A DNA stretch of 63,977 nt, the filler included, from Globobulimina sp. (lineage: Eukaryota): the NCBI GenBank assembly GCA_003354225.1. It is 47 parts of 47 records of this genome, joined end to end, with 100 filler letters (N's around TTAATTAATTAA, not from the genome) between each part and the next. Parts side by side here need not be neighbours in the genome. Positions count along the whole stretch, not along the records: positions 62,716 to 63,977 come from PIVH01019889.1; 46 more parts are not named here. The stretch is one strand, 5' to 3'. The notes below the pieces were generated by a model. The model made no database searches. It saw only the letters and a list, made by a program, of their open reading frames with translations, and was not told the origin of the DNA. Of the stretch, positions 62,716 to 63,977 are shown piece by piece. A program made the translations under genes and the position numbers. Numbering within the stretch: position 1 is the first letter of the stretch; each line of letters starts with the position of its first letter.

Positions 62716-63975
62716 ACAGGATTTCGAACCTAACCCATCCGAAATGACCCACTTCGTACCACTCCAATAAGCTGAAAATTTCTGGTTTTTCTGTTGTTTG
62801 TACCAAGGTTTATTGTTACAACTATCTGGTTGTAATACATAATCACCATTCACACCGGAATTCATGCCGGTTCTCCCAGAGATTTGAATTACAGTTGTTT
62901 TAACATTTTCCTCTTCAATATCCTCTTGTTTTTGTTTGGTTATCTGATTGATGGCTGTTTCCATTTTCTCAACAGTTGTCATATAATAATGATTTAACGT
63001 GAATGGTTTTATCATCTCACATTTAATAAGATCATCAACGCAATTTATTGTAATTTGTTTACTTGAATCCAAAATCTGATCAAATGAATCTTTGAGTTCT
63101 TTTCTTAAAATTGTATAATCAGAAACTTGCTCAATTTGATATGTAATACATTCTGACATATAATCATGGATAATCTCAACTAATTCAAATGACGGTTCTT
63201 CTAATTTTTGAATTAAAGTTCTAATCACTTCAACAGAAATCATTGGATGAATTTCATTCGGCAAAGCACAAAATCCTTTGGAGGAAGCACTTCTTTCTTT
63301 CAATGTTGTTAAAAATTTGGATTCTAAAAATTGTTTAAGTGGATGTAGTGCCCGAATGTCCGTAGCATATGCTTCAAAAAAATCTAATAAATCTGCTGAA
63401 ATGGTACAATTTTTTTCATCACAAATATCACCATTTTTGAGTTTATTCAATTTTGAAAATAATTCAGAAATAATGATTGAAATTTCGTTCTGTACATGCA
63501 CGCACATTTAATTTATTAATGACGTAATTAAAGATATAATATAACGGACTTAAAGAGAGAGACATACCATGCATTGATAGGGTGTTTCATATGTCATAGG
63601 AAATGAGTTTTTTTCTTCATCCAACTCTTTAAATTTTGCATTGATTACTTTCCGTAATCCAGGTAATGCGCGTAACATTGTTTCAGTTTGTAAATCTGCT
63701 AATTTCTGACTTAATTGTTTGCTGCCTTTATAACAATTTTGTATATTTTTCATATTCTGTGCACACATAAAAAATTGAGTTTCGGCTTCTTGGACTTCTG
63801 CTAAGGATATATTATTTTTATTTTGTTCATCGGTTCTATTTTTTACTAAGAATACATGATCAAAATCACTTTTAAATGTCTTAAATTTATGTTCAAATGA
63901 TTTGTTATCTTTTAATAAATCAATAAATGTTAAGACAACTAATGTTCTCTCATTTGCTGGATCTTGTTCTGATGA
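62716..63975 (-). CDS. Mx-like dynamin-related GTPase, internal fragment, intron at 63490-63567
   Basis: DPANERTLVVLTFID, VKNR, GSKQLSQKL, ALPGL, stalk region and PFTLNHYY (typical of Mx/DRP4). Confidence 0.88.
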
Positions 63976-63977
63976 CA

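Noticed and set aside
1-63977. Gene neighbourhoods or operons across contigs (for example Polinton polB near integrase or transposases)
   Set aside because: Contigs are ordered by length and come from different organisms, so adjacency is not biological.
1-63977. Alternative genetic code (ciliate-type) in the AT-rich genes
   Set aside because: Conserved proteins read through in the standard code and end at TAA, TAG or TGA where expected.

Overview
This window is not one locus. It is 47 unrelated short contigs (1264 down to 1262 bp, sorted by size) joined by an artificial 100-bp linker (N44-TTAATTAATTAA-N44, which puts stops in all six frames), so adjacency across linkers means nothing and ORFs that run into X's are simply partial. 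Most contigs are AT-rich, intron-containing, standard-code protist genes. The gene mix (7TM-RGS, HLD-type kinase, SPRY-like and PT-repeat surface proteins, a non-metazoan-looking lamin, IFT80) suggests a foraminiferan or other rhizarian; this is inference. Mixed in are metazoan-type repeat and transposon contigs (Polinton pPolB, gypsy integrase, LINE endonuclease), one fully bacterial contig, and two eukaryote/bacterium chimeras. The most notable observations are: (1) a bacterial contig with an integron-cassette-like gene behind a GTTAGGC site, preceded by an unexplained array of about 130-bp 'conserved box + variable hairpin' units; (2) two apparently mutually exclusive duplicated exons in a V-ATPase a subunit; (3) a minimal type I hammerhead ribozyme; (4) a protist lamin with its complete tail; (5) an Mx-like dynamin with an altered G4 motif and an inserted domain; (6) two loop contigs with 119-bp terminal repeats.
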